Source: Elainellaceae cyanobacterium
Lineage (GTDB): Bacteria > Cyanobacteriota > Cyanobacteriia > CAZCXK01
Length of the DNA stretch: 38,920 nt
Assembly (NCBI GenBank): GCA_051117555.1
Contig: JBNPEG010000220.1
Span: forward strand, 1-38,920
Direction: 5' to 3'
Shown here: positions 36,761 through 38,920 of the stretch, in pieces
How positions within the stretch are numbered: position 1 is the first letter of the stretch
Layout: every line of letters starts with the position of its first letter
Translations under genes and position numbers: made by a program
Notes under the pieces: model-generated
The model's database searches: none
What the model saw: the letters and a program-made list of their open reading frames with translations, nothing else
Told to the model about the DNA's origin: nothing

Positions 36761-38854
36761 TCAGGTGTGGGGTTCGCCAAATAACACGATTGAGCCTCTC
36801 AAGGCTCGAATGACCTCTGTCGTCACATCGCTAACAGCAAGCCCACCCGCAGTCCGTCGTCGCATCGATCGCAAAATCACTAAATCCATCGATTGAGCCA
36901 CCTTGAGAATGGTTTGTGCGGCGCTGTCGCTCACGATTGTCTTAATCACGCTGTTGACCTGAGTCTCGCTTCCAGCCAACGCCTGAGATAACTCTGCTTC
37001 AAACTCCGACACTTGATCGAGGGGAGTACGCGGATCAGCAACGTGCAGTAGCGTAACGGATGCGCCATTTGCATCCGCAAATAAGCACCCAAACTGCACA
37101 GTTCGCAACGTCTGTTTCGTGACGTTCTTCACCGGAACGAGAATTTTGCGAATGTTGATGGGTTCATCGAGCAGGCGCGTCACGGCAACCGGACAGTGAG
37201 ATGCCCAAAACACAGTGTCGGTCAAGCTACCAAACAAGCGAGATCGCAATCCGACCTCACTCCACCCCATTACAATGAGATCTGCCTTGCGTTCCCGAGC
37301 AGCACGGCTGATGCCCTCAGCAATATCATCATCGATGCGGAGATCTAACTCGACCTGAGCCCCAAATGTCTCACCAATGTCGGAAACGCGCTCAAGCAAA
37401 CGTTCACTGCGCCGGATTTCAGTATCTAACTGAGGTTCATCCATGTGAACGTGAGCTTTTGTAATAGCGAGGGGCACAATTTTGCCCGACTCATGACGTG
37501 CCAACAACGCCGCCATTTCAATGAGATAGGGAGACGTAATCGGGTTGGAAATCGGCACAACGGCGGTGAAGCGATGCGTCTGGATTGTCTCATCATCCCC
37601 ATTCTGAGCATTCTTCGGAAGGCTATCATGCCATCGCGATGGCGACGCCGGTTCGTCAGCACGCAGGTTTGGTTTGGGCGGTGAAAGCTTCGCGGCAAAC
37701 CGCTCAGTCAGCAACGGGCCTAGCAATGACGTAATCAGCATGAGCACAATTACGCTGTTGAAAACAGCCTCACTTAGCAACCCTGCCCGCAGCCCCGTCA
37801 GCGCTGCTGCCAATGTCGCTGCCACCTGAGGCAATGACAGCGACCACATCGTTAATGCTTCATGCCATGAATATCGATAGACCAGCTTAGCGATGGATGC
37901 GGCCAAGAACTTGCTGATGACTAGGCTAATGGCGATCGCCCCGGTCAATCCACCATTGGTAGTAAAGCTGCTGATAAACGCGGGTATATCGAGCAGCAAG
38001 CCCATTCCGATAAAAAAGAAAGGAATAAAGAGGGTACTGCCCACAAATTCCACTTTTTCTTCAACTGGACCATGACCCACCACATCATTGACCGCTAAGC
38101 CTGCCAGAAATGCTCCCACAATTTTGTCGACATTGATCAATTGAGCCCCGACCGATGCCAAGAAAACGGCTAGAAGAATAAATAGAAACTGATTGCTCTC
38201 TTCATCTCCGGTGCGGCGAAAGTATTCTTTTCCAGCCCAATCCAGCCCAAATAAAACAACCGCCGCATAGATTGCCAAGGCTGCGAGCTGCAAGATAAGA
38301 TTAATCCACGAAAATTCACCCGCATGGATTGCCACACAAATGGCTAATACCAGCAGCGCTGCAATATCTGTGAAAATCGTTGCCCCAATCGTGACCGTCA
38401 CGGGCTCATTGCGGACAACCCCCAGTCGCTGAACGATGGGGTATCCGAGCAAAGTATGGGAGGCAAATAGCGAACCAATCAAAATGGCAGCATTCCAACC
38501 AAACCCAAACTGCTTGCCAATGAGCGCTCCTGCAACGAGGGGCAACACAAATGTCGTTGCGCCAAAGCCCATCGAGCGATGTTTCGTTTTACGAAACTCT
38601 GCTAGATCAATTTCCATCCCCGCGACAAACATGAGGTAGATTTTGCCTATGTCAGAGAGCAGCTTCATCATCTCTGAATCGCCATTGAGCAGCCCTAGCC
38701 CGTCTGTGCCTAAAACGACTCCAGCAAAGAGAAGCCCAACGAGCCCCGGCAAGCGTAACTTCTCAAAGATAGGCGGAATCGTCAGCGTAACGAGGAGAAG
38801 AATAGTAAACCCGACAATCGGGCTGTCAGGAATCCAGCTCGTAAGTTGTTCCAT
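36761..38854 (-). CDS. CPA2-type cation:proton antiporter with C-terminal tandem USP domains
   Basis: Multi-TM Na/H exchanger region (GKIYLMFVAGMEID, ASHTLLGYPIV, TIFTDIAAL, VGAFLAGL, FIPFFFI) followed by USP motifs (ADLIVMGW, CPVAV, KILVPV). Start placed at ATG 38854. Confidence 0.92.
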   Translation of the reverse strand: MEQLTSWIPDSPIVGFTILLLVTLTIPPIFEKLRLPGLVGLLFAGVVLGTDGLGLLNGDSEMMKLLSDIGKIYLMFVAGMEIDLAEFRKTKHRSMGFGATTFVLPLVAGALIGKQFGFGWNAAILIGSLFASHTLLGYPIVQRLGVVRNEPVTVTIGATIFTDIAALLVLAICVAIHAGEFSWINLILQLAALAIYAAVVLFGLDWAGKEYFRRTGDEESNQFLFILLAVFLASVGAQLINVDKIVGAFLAGLAVNDVVGHGPVEEKVEFVGSTLFIPFFFIGMGLLLDIPAFISSFTTNGGLTGAIAISLVISKFLAASIAKLVYRYSWHEALTMWSLSLPQVAATLAAALTGLRAGLLSEAVFNSVIVLMLITSLLGPLLTERFAAKLSPPKPNLRADEPASPSRWHDSLPKNAQNGDDETIQTHRFTAVVPISNPITSPYLIEMAALLARHESGKIVPLAITKAHVHMDEPQLDTEIRRSERLLERVSDIGETFGAQVELDLRIDDDIAEGISRAARERKADLIVMGWSEVGLRSRLFGSLTDTVFWASHCPVAVTRLLDEPINIRKILVPVKNVTKQTLRTVQFGCLFADANGASVTLLHVADPRTPLDQVSEFEAELSQALAGSETQVNSVIKTIVSDSAAQTILKVAQSMDLVILRSMRRRTAGGLAVSDVTTEVIRALRGSIVLFGEPHT

Positions 38855-38920
38855 GGCATATGAGTGCAATCAGTGTTCAGGTAAATCAGGGCAGACAAAA
38901 CCACATCCGATAGTTATGCA

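Overview
Cyanobacterial chromosomal segment, judged by abundant HIP1 GCGATCGC octamers, a light-dependent POR, a Uma2 protein and STRR-like repeats. The left end holds a nonsense-inactivated RAYT/Y1 transposase with a GTAG-type REP and a truncated IS5 remnant whose end overlaps the bcsA stop codon. Bases 836-12775 carry a partly translationally coupled cellulose-type secretion operon: porin-like barrel protein, TPR protein, GH8 lipoprotein (bcsZ), bcsB, bcsA. It has no classical one-piece BcsC and appears to use a split TPR + barrel export pair. A divergent lipoprotein, a membrane protein behind a canonical NtcA-type promoter and a CBM2-Calx-beta-CBM2-GH9 cellulase follow. The middle has a peptidoglycan-binding protein, a degenerate ADP-ribosylhydrolase and a 7TM-HD phosphodiesterase. 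Bases 24018-30816 form a co-oriented six-gene signalling module: AAA-like NTPase, RHH-3xPAS protein with no catalytic output, MinD/ParA ATPase with an Arg Walker-A variant, membrane HAMP-PP2C phosphatase with a 1-nt frameshift, GHKL kinase-like protein and STAS protein. It resembles a SiaABC-type partner switch. The right end is mostly housekeeping (Uma2, SDR, por, cupin, DUF62, LysR, CPA2-USP antiporter) with REP/MITE-like intergenic repeats. All family calls come from motif recognition by eye; no searches were run.
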